A DNA stretch of 64,000 bases, from NCBI RefSeq assembly GCF_009914755.1, contig NC_060938.1, one strand, 5' to 3'. Shown piece after piece: positions 1-14,288 of this stretch (position 1 is the first letter of the stretch; each line of letters opens with the position of its first letter). Made by a program: the position numbers and the translations under genes. The notes beneath the pieces were generated by a model, which saw only the letters and a program-made list of their open reading frames with translations, did no database searches and had not been told where the DNA came from. The DNA comes from the human T2T-CHM13v2.0 reference genome, Homo sapiens.

Positions 1-111
1 AGAACATAAAGAAGTTATTACATATATTTTCAGGGACTTAAACCAAAAGACGGTCGTATGGAGTAAACAGATGAGGAATCTCAGCAGAGAAATGGAAACA
101 AAAAATCACGT

Positions 112-1110
112 TGTGATGGATGATACGTATATTTTGGTTTTCATCCATGATTCCTGGCTGTAAGCTCTTGTAAGCCTTGTTATTTCCTAAGTGACTACAG
201 CAGTAAAAATATTTTTTGTTAAGATATTTGGTCTTTGTCCTTGGTTCCTGAAGTACCTCCTGAATGATAAAGGTGAAAGATAATCTTTTGCTATTTTCTA
301 TTTTTTTTCAAAAACGTCTGTTCTTATGTTAATGACATGATTTTTGGAAAACCCCTAGAAACCACAAGACGGGGGAACTGGTTGCAAGAGAAATGGCCAT
401 GTGCCTAGAGAAGTGTAATTTTTAGTTCCATCCCCCAACCTCTGGGGAGCAGAGAGGGGGCTGAAAATTAAGTTGATCACCAGTGGTCAATGATTCAATC
501 AATCATGCCTATGTAATGAAGTCTCCATAAAACCCAAAAGGACAGGGATCGGAGAGGTTGCAAATAGCCAAATGCATGGGGGCTTACACATTCATGTGCC
601 AGGAGGGTGGTGCACCCCAACTCCATGATGACGGAAGCTTCTGCACTCAGGGTCCATCCAGACCTCACCCTGTGTATTTTCTCTTCGTGCTGTTTATTTG
701 TATATTTAAAAATATCCTTTGTAAATAAGGTAGTAAACGTAAGTATGTATTTCCCTGAGTTCTGTGAGCTGTAGCAAATTAATTTAACCCAAAGAAGAGG
801 TTATGAGAATCCAGATTTATACCTGGTCAGTCAGAAGCACTGGCAAAAATAACCTGGGGCTTGTGATTGTCACTGGAAGTGTGAAGGGGTGGAGCAGCCT
901 TGGGGACTTGAGCACTCAACCTACGGGATCTGATGCTATCTCCAGGTAGATAGTGTTGGAATTAAACTAGAAAACACTGGGCTGGTGTTTCCTTCAGAAT
1001 TCATTGCTTGTTTGGTAGGTGGGGAAACATCCTCCAACATTTGGTCACAGAAGTATTCTGTGTTGTGTGAGAGCAGAGGAAAAACAGTTTGTGTGTTTTT
1101 TACTTTCTCA
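112..1110 (+). mobile_element. MER21-family solo LTR inserted into an old L1
   Basis: TG...CA ends; MER21-like blocks (atatttggtctttgtcc, aagttgatcaccagtggtcaatgatt, gtaaacgtaagt...tttccctgagttctgtgagc). L1-like A-rich sequence flanks both sides. Confidence 0.75.
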
Positions 1111-1306
1111 TATGAATATTTTAGAACTGAAAAATACAAGAAATGAAATACATTCACTGGATGGGCTTAAGATCAGTTTGAAGGAGTCAATGAACTTGCA
1201 AACAGATCTTCAGAAATTACCCTATGTGAACAAGGGAGAAAATAATTTTAAAAAGAGCAATATCTGAGTGACCTCTGATCCAGTATCAAGTAGTATAATA
1301 TACCTG
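1111..1306 (+). mobile_element. Old L1M ORF1 remnant, continuing from 1-110
   Basis: A-rich L1 ORF1-like text (ttagaactgaaaaatacaagaaatgaaata...cactggatgggcttaa); degenerate. Confidence 0.65.
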
Positions 1307-2437
1307 TTGTCTTAGTTCATTTTTGCTACTATTACAGAATACATAGACTGGGTAGTTTATCATTTATTTCTCATGGCTCTGGAGTCTGGGAAGTAAAAGA
1401 ATGAGGGGCTGGGATCTGGTGAGGGGCTTTTTGCTGTGCTATTCCATGGCAGAAGGTGGAAGGGTAAGAGAGTGTAACTGCCAAATGGGTTCATCTTGCC
1501 TGCTGCCCAGATAGAGCTGATTTAGCAAGACAGAAGAATTGCAATAGAGAAAGAGTTTAATTCACTTAGAGCTGGCTAAATGGGAGACTGGGGTTTTATT
1601 ATTACTCAAATTAGCCTTTCTGAAAATTTGGAGGCTAGGGTTTTTCGAAAGTAGTTTGGTGGGCAAGGGGCTAGGGAATGGGTGCTGCTGACTGGTTGAA
1701 GATGCAATCATAGGGGTGTGAAAAATGGTCCTCATGAGGTAAGTCCACTTCCAGGTGGGGGCCATAGGACCAGTGGAGTCAAGAACCGTGGGTCTGGGAG
1801 GGGCCATCCAGTTGTCAGAAATGCAAAAGCCTGACATCTCAAAAGGCCAATCTTAGGTTCTACAATAGTGATGTTATTTACAGGAGTAATTGGGGAAGTT
1901 GCAAATCTTGTGACCTCCAGAATAGTGTCTGGATTATTATTATACATAACTACGAATTCGGGCCCCTCTCATCCTCCTAACCTGGTGGCCTTTCATTATT
2001 TTCCCAAAGGCAGTTTAATTGTTAGGAAAAGGCTGTTATTAAAACGACTAAACTATTCTAAAACTATTAAAACTATAAAATAAATTTCTCCTAAAGTTAC
2101 CTTGACTCACACCCAGGACCTAAGGGCATTTTGGAGGCTAAAGATAAGACATTAAGTCAGATCTCTTTCACTGTCATAATTTTCTCATTGTTATAATTTT
2201 TGCAAAGGCAGCTTCAAGAGTATGTACGCATGTGAGAGAGCAAGGGAGAAAGAGAGAGCAAGAGGAATGCTTTCATAAAACAAATCTATTCTCAGAATAA
2301 TGAACCCACTCCCTCAATAAAGACATTAATTTATTCATGAGGGAAGAGCTTCTTAAAGGTCTTACCTCTCAATACAATTGTGTTGGGGATTAAGTTTCCA
2401 AGACATGAACTTTGGGGGATATATTCAAACCATAACA
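1307..2437 (-). mobile_element. MaLR LTR (MST/MLT1A group) split by LTR8A
   Basis: Begins tgtcttagttcat...ctgggtagtttat, resumes at 2221 and ends attcaaaccataaca, typical reverse-strand MaLR ends. Confidence 0.75.
1473..2216 (-). mobile_element. LTR8A-like ERV1 solo LTR
   Basis: Reverse complement starts TGAAGCTGCCTTTGCAAAAATTATAACAATGAGAAAATTATGACAGTGAAAGAGAT. 4-bp TSD AGAG at 1469-1472 and 2217-2220. Confidence 0.85.
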
Positions 2438-3310
2438 GCTACACGTAGAGTCTCAGAAAGAAAGGAGAAATAAAACAGGACAGAAATATATTTGAAGAAA
2501 TAATGGTTTAAAATTTCCCAAATTTGATGAAAAGCATTTCTCAATGGATCCAACAAGCTCAGTAAACCCTAGAAAACTGTACCTAAAAACATCATAGTCA
2601 AACTAAGGAGAAGTGTGAAGAATGAGATATACAGTAGTACAAAATTAATTCTAAGTGGACTGTAATGAGTTAACGGTGTATATTAGAATCCCTAGAATAA
2701 CCAATAAAAATAATAAAAGAAGCATAGCTTGAAAATGAAATAGAGGAAATTAAATAGAATACTAAAAAGCCAATTAATGTAAAGGAAAGCAGGACAAGAG
2801 AAATAGAAAAACCAACAAACGAAAATCTGAGACAAATAGAAAAAAAAAATAGCAAGAGTGTAGGCTGAAACCCAACCATAACAATAATTATACTAAATGT
2901 AAATGGATGAAACACATCAATTAAAAAGCAGAGATTGTCAGACTGGATAAAATAGCAAGAGCCAACTATATCCTGTCTATAAAAGGTGCCATTTAACTAT
3001 AAAGACACCTATTCATTTACTTTTAACTAAGATATAAAGTATGCAAATACTAAACAAAGGAAAGCTGAAATGTGACTGTATTAACATTGAACAAAATAGA
3101 CTTCAGAACAAAGCCTATCGGGGCAAAAGAGGGACATTTCATATGATAAAGAGAAAGTCACAACAATAATAAATGTGTTGGCATATGATAACAGACTTCA
3201 AAGTGCATGAAGCAAAAATGGACAGAACTAGAAGAGAAGCAGACACATTCACAATCAGAGTTGGAGATTTTAATGCTTGTTTCTTAGTAACTGATAGTAC
3301 AAAAAGACTT
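2438..3310 (+). mobile_element. Old L1M remnant: ORF1 3' part and start of the ORF2 endonuclease, disrupted
   Basis: tttgaagaaataatgg...aatttcccaaatttgatgaaa is ORF1-like. ctaaatgtaaatgga...attaaaaagcagagattgtcagactggataa matches the LNVNG..IKRQRLSDWI endonuclease motif but contains stops. Confidence 0.8.
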
Positions 3311-3389
3311 TGATCTGTGGCACTGGGGAACTTGGGCCTCTTGGAATGAACGTGAAATGAATAAACTATTATCATGACCCGTGTTTGTG

Positions 3390-3600
3390 GCAAACACTGT
3401 GCCAAATTTTCCTATCGGTAAGCATTCTTACCATGATCCTGTGTTATTTCATTTGGTCTTGCCTCATAGTTAATAGTGTCCCTATTCCACTTGAGGAAAC
3501 TGAGCCTAAGAGAAACAAGGCAATTTGCCCCTGTTGCACAGCCGGGGGTGGGGGTGATAGAGACTAGACAGGAACCAAAATCTTTGTTTTGTGTTCTTTC
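3390..3600 (-). mobile_element. MIR fragment, representative of many (also ~7570-8100, 13050-13260, 15030-15230, 21590-21780, 22560-22780, 34740-34870, 46830-47030, 54200-54920, 62910-63020)
   Basis: MIR core GAGGAAACTGAGGC-like with flanking cttgcccaaggtcac-like motif. Confidence 0.6.
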
Positions 3601-5399
3601 CACCTCCCCTGATGCCCTGGGGCGTATAGCATTCACTTCTCTTCAAAGCTCTTACAATAGCCTCCAGTGGTCGTAGGGCAGGGATTTATTAATAAAATTT
3701 TTAGGCAGAAGCCCAGAAACATTAAGAAACTAATAACCAAAGTGGTCAGACTAGAAACCTTGCTGATGCCCTGGTTCATCTTCCTTTTCAAAGGAAGTTC
3801 TTTTTACCTTTCTCTTTTTTATTCCTCAATGACTTGGCCCAGAAACCATTATGTGCCAGGCACTAAGAAGCCCAGCTTGGGGTCCTCCTGGTGGAAGAGA
3901 AGTTCTCGTTCATTCCCTGCCATCTACCTGTCCTGCTCCTTGCTGCTCCCCGGTGCACATATATTTTTAATTTCAATTTTCTCTATTCAAAATCTGGGCA
4001 TTTTTATTAAGCAGGATCTATATACAAAACAAAGAAAGAACTACTACTCCCATCACCAGAGACCAAAGAAATTAAAACAAAGTGGAGAATATAAAGTCCC
4101 AAGAGAAATTCCTTCTCAGCCCACACTTAGCCAGACACTATACTGCCACTCAAATTCTCATACACGTGCAACACACACATGCCTTGCACAAAATGCTCAA
4201 CATATGCTCATAGACACAATCTCTTGCATGCTTGTTACGCACAGGCCTCCACATGTGGCAAACACCCAGGGGCGTGCCTGCACACACACATACACACACA
4301 CACACATGTTCATACCCTCGAATGAGGGAAATATAGCCAGGATTTCTTCCAGCTTCAGAAAGACTGTGGGCTTGCTTGACTTCTACTCAACGAATTTTTG
4401 ATGATGCCTTCACCAGCAGGAAAATAATGAATTATTTATCAAATTATTCAATAATTAATAAAAGTCATCACAAAAGGCTGGGCTGAGATATAGCTCTGCA
4501 TAATTCCTCACTGCCACCCACATATGCTTATGTGTGTGTGTACATATATAAGAAATAGAGAGGCAGAGGTGACAGCTTAAACGAAGCCTCCTATTTAAAT
4601 TAGCTTTAAAATACGCTGCTCCTGGCCCTGACTCAGTTTCTTGGCTTTTTGTTTCTTCACGCTATTGCCACTGTCAGGAAAACTAAGAGCCACAAAATTC
4701 CTCTCTGCAAGCTCCTTCCCCGCTTTGTTTCTGATGAGTTTTGTGCCCGTGATACCACTGAGATTTATCCCAGAGACTCTTTAAATGTGCACCAAAGAAA
4801 AATCTATAATAAGAGAAAAGACAGTTAGCTAATACACTATAAAAAAGGTTCACTCCAATGAGTCAAAGAAATGGAAAAGTTGTAAGCACAACAAGGAGAT
4901 ACTACCCTTTGCTTTAAAATTAGGATGGATGTTTAAAAAATACTAACATGGCAGTATTCTGGTGATGGTGCTTCCAGACGAAAACCCTCTCTCGTGGGTA
5001 GCTGGGGCAGCATAGGTTGGAACTACTGTTTTTGGGACACGATTTGACAATATGCTTGCAATATTTGTCACTAGTCTTTCAAATATTCATATCTCTGAAT
5101 CTACACCTGCTTCCAGGACTCGATTCTGAAAAAAATAGCAAATACTTTTACTCAATATAAAGCTCAATATAAAAAGGCTTGACTTGCAAATATGTTCAGC
5201 ATTGTTTACAGGAGGGACAGCTTGACTACACTGAGGCCTGGGATCCACAGCCTGACCACATGGGTGCCTCTGCTGCCCTCAAACCCTCCCACACTTCACT
5301 TTGTTCTCTACGCTGACAATTTCACCCTTTTCCTTCCGTCTCAGAACTTCCACATGTTTTCCCTGCTTCCCTCTCTCTGCTGGTAACTCTGCAGGAGTC

Positions 5400-7330
5400 A
5401 AATACCAAGTGGATGAAAATTCCCCCGTTGTCTCAGCCTCAAAGCAACCAGACAACCCACTCTGTGCCTAAACTCTTTGCCTTCCCTCCTATTACAGCAA
5501 GGAAAGGGTCCCTGTTGTGTACTGAGTGCCCCATCCCTTGTCTCAGCTATCAAGGACTTTGCAATTATCTCCACTCTCCTAACTCTTTGCTCCCTCCCTT
5601 TCTCCTGGATCATTCCCAGGAGGACACAAAAATGTTCTAGCGTCTCCAAACTTTAAAATGTCCTCCCCTGATCTCGTTTCCTCCTCTAGGGAGCACTCCA
5701 TTTCTTTGCTACTCTTTAGGGCCAAAAATTCTGAATGCTCAACCGAGCTTTCTTTAAGTCTAGATTCACTGTCTATGGTACTTTAATTCAGTACCTCCTC
5801 CGACCGCCACCAACTCACTCCAGCCAAGCGTTGCACCCAGCATTTTGCTGAGCTGCAGGTGACCACAGCTGGTTGTTTCCCCCTTCTTGAAGTACCTTCT
5901 CCTCTTGGCCCTTCCTACTCCTCTGGCCTCCTCTCCCAGTCTCCTGATGCTGCTCTTCCTCTGCACAGCCTCTGCATGGCATCTCGGTCCCAGGATTCTC
6001 CTTGATCTTCATGCCTGGGCCCTACCTCATCTAACTCCTTCCCTTCTGAGGTGACCCCCACCCAGGCTCATGACCTTAGGCACCATCCCTATGCCAGTGA
6101 CACCCAGATGGACAGCTCCTCTCAACCCCAGCTCCAGGCTTGGTTATTCCCCCAACTGCCCGGTGTTTCTAGAATGGATGTTGAGCGTCTCAAAGTTCCC
6201 ATGGCAGAAGGAGCCTTTTTGATTACCATCCTCTCCCTGGATCTAATTGTGTCTGTGACAACGGCAACGTCCACCCGGTTGCTTATGCAAATTACTGTAG
6301 ATTCCTCTCGCCCTTTTCCCTATTCCCTTATACTCTGTCTTCCCCAACAGGAGGAGCCATGGACCTCCCCTCCAGCATGCAGTGTGTGCCTGGGATGACT
6401 GCTGTCCCCTCTCCGCCAGCATCACTCTGGTCCTCATCCTTCGCCTGGACCACGGCCGCAACCTCCCGTCTGGGCCTCCTGCCCTCTACAATCGAATCCT
6501 CCTTATATGGTAGCCAGTGTGATCTTTAAACAGTGGAATTCAAATCCAGTAACTCTCTCCAACACCTCCCCAGCACTTGGACCAGAATCCAGACCCCTTG
6601 ACCAGCACAGGAAGCTCCTATGATGCCCCCCGCCTGACCCTGCAAACTCAGCACACAAACTCTCTCGCTGTTACAGGAACCTGCCAAGTGGGTCCCCACT
6701 TTAGGACCTTCACACTGGCCTTTCCCTTGCTCTGGAATGGTCAGACAGCTGCCTCCTTCTGCTCATCACCTCCCAGTTTAACTTTCGCCTCCCCAAGAGG
6801 CCTTTCCTGATCTGACCACCCCACTCGAAGTAAACACCAAGTCACTGTTGATGACTTCACCCTATTTTTGTTACTTTTTAATACTTCACAGTACTGAATT
6901 TCAGATGTATTCCTCTCTAATATTTTTCTTTATTTTCTTTTATTTTATTTTAGAGACAGGGTCTCAGTCTGTCTCCCAGGCTACAGTGCAGTGGTGCAAT
7001 TATGGCCACCGTAGCCTCTAGCTCCCAGGCTTAGGTGATCCTCCCACCTCAATCTCCTGAGTAGCTAGAACTAGGGGCATGCACCACTGCGCATTTTTTG
7101 TAGAGATGGGGTTTTGCCTTGGTATTGAACTTCTGGGCTCAAGTCAGCTTCCTGTCTTGGCCTCCCAAAGTGCTGGGATTACAGGCATGAGCCACTGCGC
7201 TGGGCCTGATATTTTTCTTATTTTTCTCTCTTTCTCTCAATCTCTCCATCATCCACCTACCATTTTAATTTTGAGCATAAACTTTATGAGAGCTTTGTCT
7301 GCTTTGTTTGCTGCTGTATACAGAACAATG
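5400..7330 (+). mobile_element. L2 3' region remnant interrupted by an Alu
   Basis: Pyrimidine-rich L2-like blocks (gtgatctttaaa, ggaccttcacactggcc...tctggaatg, aggcctttcctga). Confidence 0.6.
6925..7206 (-). mobile_element. AluJ-type
   Basis: gagacagggtctc...ctcccaaagtgctgggattacaggcatgagccac; diverged. Confidence 0.85.
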
Positions 7331-7666
7331 CGGGCCTGTTCTTTTACGAGTGTCATTTAGTTCCTCTTTTGAAATTATTATTCTACATATATAACGATAT
7401 ATTTACGTATTTTACATATAATGTTTCTATATTATTAACAGCTTAAAAAGGCAATTAAAAGTCAACACTGGAGAAAAATTTCTCTGAGCATACGTTTTCT
7501 TTCCAGGATAATATCTGACACAAAAGTAGACCAAATTAAATCCAGAGCAATGTCAAATCATGGCCAAGAGCATAAGCCCTATGGTTACAATCAGGTCCCT
7601 CTTACTAGCTGTGTGACCTTGGATAAGTTACTTAGCTTCTCTGGGCCTCAGTCTCTTCATCTGTGA

Positions 7667-8000
<334 letters not shown>

Positions 8001-9069
8001 TAGCCCTTGCTTTAAAGGATTGTTCTAATGACTGAAAGACATAATTCAGAACCCCTTTCACACAGTACCCGTCACATAATAGGCTCCATAAATGTTAGCT
8101 TTCTCTCTTAATGGTGAATTGAGGTAACTTTTCGAGGCATGTAGATAGTGAGTTGCTTTAACCAGAGCAGTTTTTCAGAAACTAAATCCATAAGTTAGCT
8201 TATGTTATAGAAAATATAACAGCTGCACATTATAGAAAATAGCTCAAAGAGACTCAGATGAATTGGACATTGATTCATGTCTTCATTCATTCCACAAATC
8301 TCTGGCAGGTGCTCAAGGCATGCCAAGCCCTTGATATGACTAAGGGGAGCACAGATCCAGTGCTGCGCTCAGGGAACTTGCAGCCTGGCCTTGGAAGGAC
8401 AGAGACTCCTGGCTCAAGCCTCTGCCCTCCTGGAGCTCCATCAGCCCTCCCCGCCCCTGCACCTTGGCTCAGGCTGTGCTTGCTACGTTGAAAGCCCCCT
8501 GCCCATCTCATGAGAGAAATCCTGTCCCCAAAGCTCAGCTGCTAGAGCTCTTCCCTGGTCCCCATCTCCCTGCCCCACCTCCCCGCTCCACCTCCTGCAG
8601 CGGGAACTGCTCTTTGTTTCTTGGGAGTGCTCATTGCCCTGCATCTGCTTCTCTGTCACGGCTGCGCAAACACTGTATTAGAGCTATTTATGTAGGTATC
8701 TGAGCTCCCCAGACACTTCTTGAGGCTGGGAATCCGCCTCATTCATGTCTATTGCCTCAACACTGCAGCACCACAGCTGGTGAAAACTTTGCACATAGTA
8801 GGTGCTCAACAAATATTAGAATTAGCTGTGGGGAGCAGAGAGGACACAGATCTGCCCAGGGGCAGGGGAACATCACCCCATCGAACCGAGGTGAAGAGAT
8901 GGTGGCTTTGATCACCTGATGAGCTATGCCTGTTCTGCCCATAATTCCAGCTCTGTTACAGAGCATCATTTGTATACCAGCCCCTGTGCTAGGCACTTTA
9001 TATACATCGTTTTGTTTTATCTCCCAACACCTGGCAAGTATTCTTTTTTTCATTTTATGGTGAGGAAAC

Positions 9070-9432
9070 TGATATGGTTTTGTTGTGTCCCCACCCAAAT
9101 CTCATCTTGGATTTAGCTCCCATAATCCCCACAGGTCATGGGAGGGACTCAGTGGGAGGTAATTGAATTATGGGGGAAGGTCTTTCCCATGCTATTCTCA
9201 TGATAGTTAATAAGTCTCATGAGATTTGATGGTTTTATAAAGGGGAGTTCCCCTACACAAGTTCTCTTGCCTGCCGCCATATAAGATGTGACTTTGCTCC
9301 TCATTTGCCTTTTGCCATGATTGTGAGGCCTCCCCAGCCATATGGAACTGTGAGTCAATTAAACCTCTTTCCTTTATAAATTACCCAGTCTCGGGTATGT
9401 CTTTATTAGCAGCATGAGAACACTCTAATACA
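9070..9432 (+). mobile_element. THE1 (THE1B-like) solo LTR inserted in a MIR core
   Basis: TGATATGGTTT...TAATACA ends; 5-bp TSD GAAAC at 9065-9069 and 9433-9437. Confidence 0.9.
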
Positions 9433-9554
9433 GAAACTATGGCTCTGACCAGTAGAATAACTTGTCCCAAGTCACCAGTGAGTAACTGGAAGAACCAGGA
9501 CCTGAAATCAACTGTCTTACTCCATCATGTCAGGCACTGTGTGTGCAAATGACT

Positions 9555-10200
9555 TTTTGTTTTTAATGAGGTGCAATTCACACAACATAACATTAACCAT
9601 TTTAAAGTAACAATTTGGTGATATTTAATATATTTACAATGTGTGTAACCACCACCTCTATCTAGTTCCAAAATATTTTCATTACTCCAGAATAAAACCT
9701 TGTATGCATGCTCTCCTAGCCCCAGCTGTTAGTAACCCAGATTGCTTTCTACCTTTATGAATTTACCTATTCTGGACATTTCATATAAATGGAATCATAC
9801 AATAATGACATTTTATGTGTGGACTCCTTCAGTTCACTTTCTAGTTTCACACACATTGTAGCATGTATGAGCACTTCATTCCTTTTTATGGGTGACTAAT
9901 ATGCCCTTGTGTGGCTACATCACATATTGTTTATCCATGAATCTGTCAATGAATACTCGTGTTGCTTCCACCTTCTGGCTACTATGAATAAGGCTGCTAT
10001 GAATGTGTGCATCCTTGTATTTGTGTAAGCCTCTATTTTCAATTGTTTTGTGCATACACCTAAGAATTGAATTGCTGGGTCATGTGGAATTCTGTAATAT
10101 GATTAACTTTTTGAGGAACCTACACCATTTCACATTCCCACCAGCAATGCACCAGGGTTTCAATTTCTCCACATCCTCACAAACTTGTCAAATGATGTTT
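9555..10200 (-). mobile_element. L1MB-type 3' end
   Basis: cctattctggacatttcatataaatggaatcataca; cacattcccaccagcaatg. Confidence 0.8.
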
Positions 10201-10236
10201 CATTATTATTTTTTATAAAAAATTTTAAATATTTAT

Positions 10237-10650
<414 letters not shown>

Positions 10651-12199
10651 CACATGAAGTTTTATTCATGATCTCATTTAGTCTCTCAACAACCAGGTGC
10701 AGTGGATGTCATTAACCCACCTTACAGAGCAAGAGAAGTGAACTTGGAAAAGGGAGGGACTTGCCCCAGGTCACACAGCTGAGAAAGGGCAGATTCCAAC
10801 CCAGACCCTCCAGGATCCCAGAGCTCTCTCGCACTACCCCCAGCCCATCTCTCGAGAAAGCCCTGTTGGAAAGCCAGCTCTGTCCTAGTGTGGTCAGACT
10901 CCCACCATTTGGGATGTCAAGTGCACCCACATAGCCCTTGCCTTTCACCATCAATGTTCCTGGCGGGGCTGAGCTGCTGGGGCTGGGGCAGTAGACAGGG
11001 GGAGATCAGCACGCAGGCTTAGGCCAGGGTGATCCATCCTCCGCCCCAGGGGCTTCTGTGGGGTGGTTTGGGAAGGAAACCCATTAAGGTGGAGGGGCAG
11101 TGACATCCACGCAGAGCAGGCAAGGCTCTCGGGTGGGCTTTGAACTGGTGGTGAACTGTCCCACTCAGGTTGGGAGACCTCTTTATGCACAGCAGGCCAC
11201 TGGGATACTTGTCTCCTGGAGGGAGGGAGCCTCGCAGGTCTGGGGTTTTTAAGAGCCTGGGGCCTGGGGAACCTTAATAAGAGTAACTGTGTAGGGAGCA
11301 CCCACTGTGCTGGGCATACCCACCGTGCTCAGGACCCTGGCACTGTGCTGGATGCTTCCTGCCCATTGTCTGATTCCATCCCCCAGAGAATGAATGAGGT
11401 GAGATCGTGCTCCCCATCTCCCATGTGGGAAAATGGGCTCAGGGAGGGGGTAGGTTTCTCAGGGTCCCACAGTAAGTGCCATGATGGAGATTTGAACCCA
11501 CACAGGTTTCCGACCTCCCCTGGACAGCACCGCTTCCCCCGGACCCGGCTCCCTCATCACCTCCCCTTGTTGCTGCAGCTCTGAGTTTTCCTCAGAACCC
11601 TGAGCTGTGTGCCCAGGAAGCCAGCAGCCACAGGCACGCCCTGAAGGCAGGGGGCCCTCAGTCTCCAGCCCTGGCCCACAGTTCCATGGCTCTCTTCCTG
11701 CCTTCCTCGCTCCCAGAAAGGCCTCTGCTCTCCATGGCCGCCCCAGCCCAGGGACCCTCCCTGCTGGGACACAACGACTGCTCTGAGGAGCTGCCATCTG
11801 GCCTAAACCTTGCGCCCTGACTTTTCTTTGAGGGGTCTGCCTCCAGGGAGATGTGGGGGCAGTAGCGACCCCAGGGACCGTCTCCCTCCTGGCTGTGGAG
11901 GGCTGTGACCCCACAGCTCGGGGTGTGGGTGGTTAAGGGGTCCTCAGGCTTTGGGGCTGAGCTGACGCTGCTCCCAGGGAGCCCCAGCAGGGGAGAGGGA
12001 GCTGGGGCTTGGCCTCAGACCTGCATGGATTCCAATCCAGCCTCTGCCACGTGCCAGCCGGGTGATCGCAGGGCACGTGCTTTTGCCACGTTTGTCGTCT
12101 CACGGGGCTGCTGGGAGGATGAAGTGGGGGTGACGCCGGCCCCTCTGTGCTCCCACTTCCATCTGCTTGTCAGGCCCTTCTGCCACCCCGCGGGGGTCA

Positions 12200-12750
12200 G
12201 GGCTAATTACTCAGTCTTGCTGGTGGGGAAACTGAGGCGTGGAGAGGAGATGGAACCCGCCCGCGGTCTGGGAGACGCAACCTGCTGCTGGACTCCATGG
12301 CTGGCTTCTTGACCCGCTGCCCTGGTACACAGCAGGTGCTCAGAAGGGGGTGGGGTGGGGGGCGGAAAGGAGCCTCCAGGGTGTCCACCCCAGCGGACTG
12401 CGCCTCCCAACCAGGCTAGGTGCCTGCAGAGGCGCCCGGACGCTTGGAGGCGGTGGGCAGCACAGGGACCACTCCTCCAGGCTCCGCTGTTCGCCACCTG
12501 CAGGCTGCTGCTGCAATACCCTGTGGAGCCAGGCAGCTCCTGACTCAGCTGGCGCCGCCCGGGCTGCGTGGGAACTCCCCAGGGGGCCTCCCGACCCCAG
12601 GAGGGGGGCGCCCGCGGGGGGCGAGGATGTCACGCAGCCGCTCCCGGGGGGGTGGTGGAATGGGGACGTGGGTGAGGCCTCTTCCTGGGAGCCCGCAGTG
12701 CTGCCATCACGTAGGGGCGAGGGCGCTTGCAGCGTCAGATGGGGGGTGCA
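12200..12750. promoter_or_regulatory. CpG/GC-rich promoter- or enhancer-like element with CTCF, AP-1/ARE and NF-kB motifs
   Basis: About 27 CpGs by manual count in 12361-12740. CTCF-like GCCTGCAGGTGGCG on the minus strand (12492-12505); TGACTCAGC 12541-12549; GGGAACTCCCC 12570-12580; donor-like TGG|GTGAGG at 12671/12672. Confidence 0.6.
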
Positions 12751-13519
12751 CCCTCTGGAGTCTGAAAAGCAGTTCTTCTAGCTTCACAGACAGGAACCAA
12801 CTGATCCTCTGGTCATCTTCAGGGAGCAGTTTCTATTGCGTCTTGCATACCTCCTAGAACAGGAGTATCACCACCTGTTCTGCTTGGGGCCAGCCCTGGA
12901 ATTTAGAAGTTCTTTCTTGGATAAAGTCAGAGACTTCCTCTCTATGACTTCTCTCTCTCAGGTTTACTTCTGCCCTTGGGAGACACTGGCCTTTTATTTT
13001 ATTTATTATTATTATTATTTCACTGTAGGAAGGTGGAGTTCTACTATGGAGACAGACCTGCCTTCAAATTCTGGCTTTCTTCCTTAACAGCACTCTGATG
13101 GACCCCATCCATGGGGTCTCATGTCTCTCAGCCTCCACCTTGTCACTTATAAAATGGGGATGAGAAGGACTCCTCCTTGTGCTGGTCATAAGGAGTGAGT
13201 GAGAAGACGAAAAACCCCTAGTGCAGAGTTTGGCACATAGTAGGTGCTCAAGAAATAGTGACTATTGTTCACATTGATTCTAATTTCTTTCCCACATAAC
13301 AATCCCTTAAAGTATTTACAGTTCTCCAGTGCCCCCTAAATCTACTCCCCAGGTTAGATGCATTTCCCTCAACATGCTTGGTTTCTGGAACTTCCATTTT
13401 CCTGTTTTTCTCCTCTGGAAAGACTCATTTTGTTCATGTCATTCATTCATTCATTCATTTGTCCCACAAACATACGTGAATACCTGACATGCCTAGTGCC
13501 ACCAAGAAGAAAATGACAC

Positions 13520-13654
13520 CGAGCCAGGCACTGTGGAGCGTGCCTGTAATCCCAGCTACTCTGGAGGCTGAGTGGGGTGGGGAATCACTTGAGCCCAAGA
13601 GTTTGAGACCAGCCTGGGCAATAGAGCAAGACCTCATCCTCTGCATCCCCCAAA
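13520..13654 (+). mobile_element. FLAM_A-like Alu monomer
   Basis: Monomer only; 16-bp TSD AAGAAGAAAATGACAC at 13504-13519 and 13655-13670. Confidence 0.85.
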
Positions 13655-13934
13655 AAGAAGAAAATGACACAGACCCTGCTCACTGTCTAGAAAGGAAAAT
13701 TGACATCAAAAATTGAAAGACAATATCTAAAGTATAAAACAACAGAGTCCAGAAGCATAGCTAGAAGCGGGATGATGGATCTAGAGAAACATGGCCAGGT
13801 GCTTGATCTCAAGGCGCCTATAAGGAAGTGACCTGGTCTGCAATGTTCCCCACGGTGACCACAGAGCAGGGGCTCAAAATGTGGCATGAATGTCTAATGG
13901 AGCACTGACCAGGCAGCAATAAAGAAAAGATCTA

Positions 13935-14288
<354 letters not shown>

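Noticed and set aside
2880-3310. L1 endonuclease-like motifs as a functional gene
   Set aside because: In-frame stops, frameshifts and truncation; a dead L1M fragment.
3667-4401. Longest ORF in the track (244 aa)
   Set aside because: It starts at GTG, runs through MIR-like and CA-rich low-complexity sequence (THTYTHTH), and has no recognisable domain or splice structure.
11459-12857. Overlapping 130-180 aa ORFs on both strands
   Set aside because: Expected from stop-codon scarcity in GC-rich DNA; no homology recognised.
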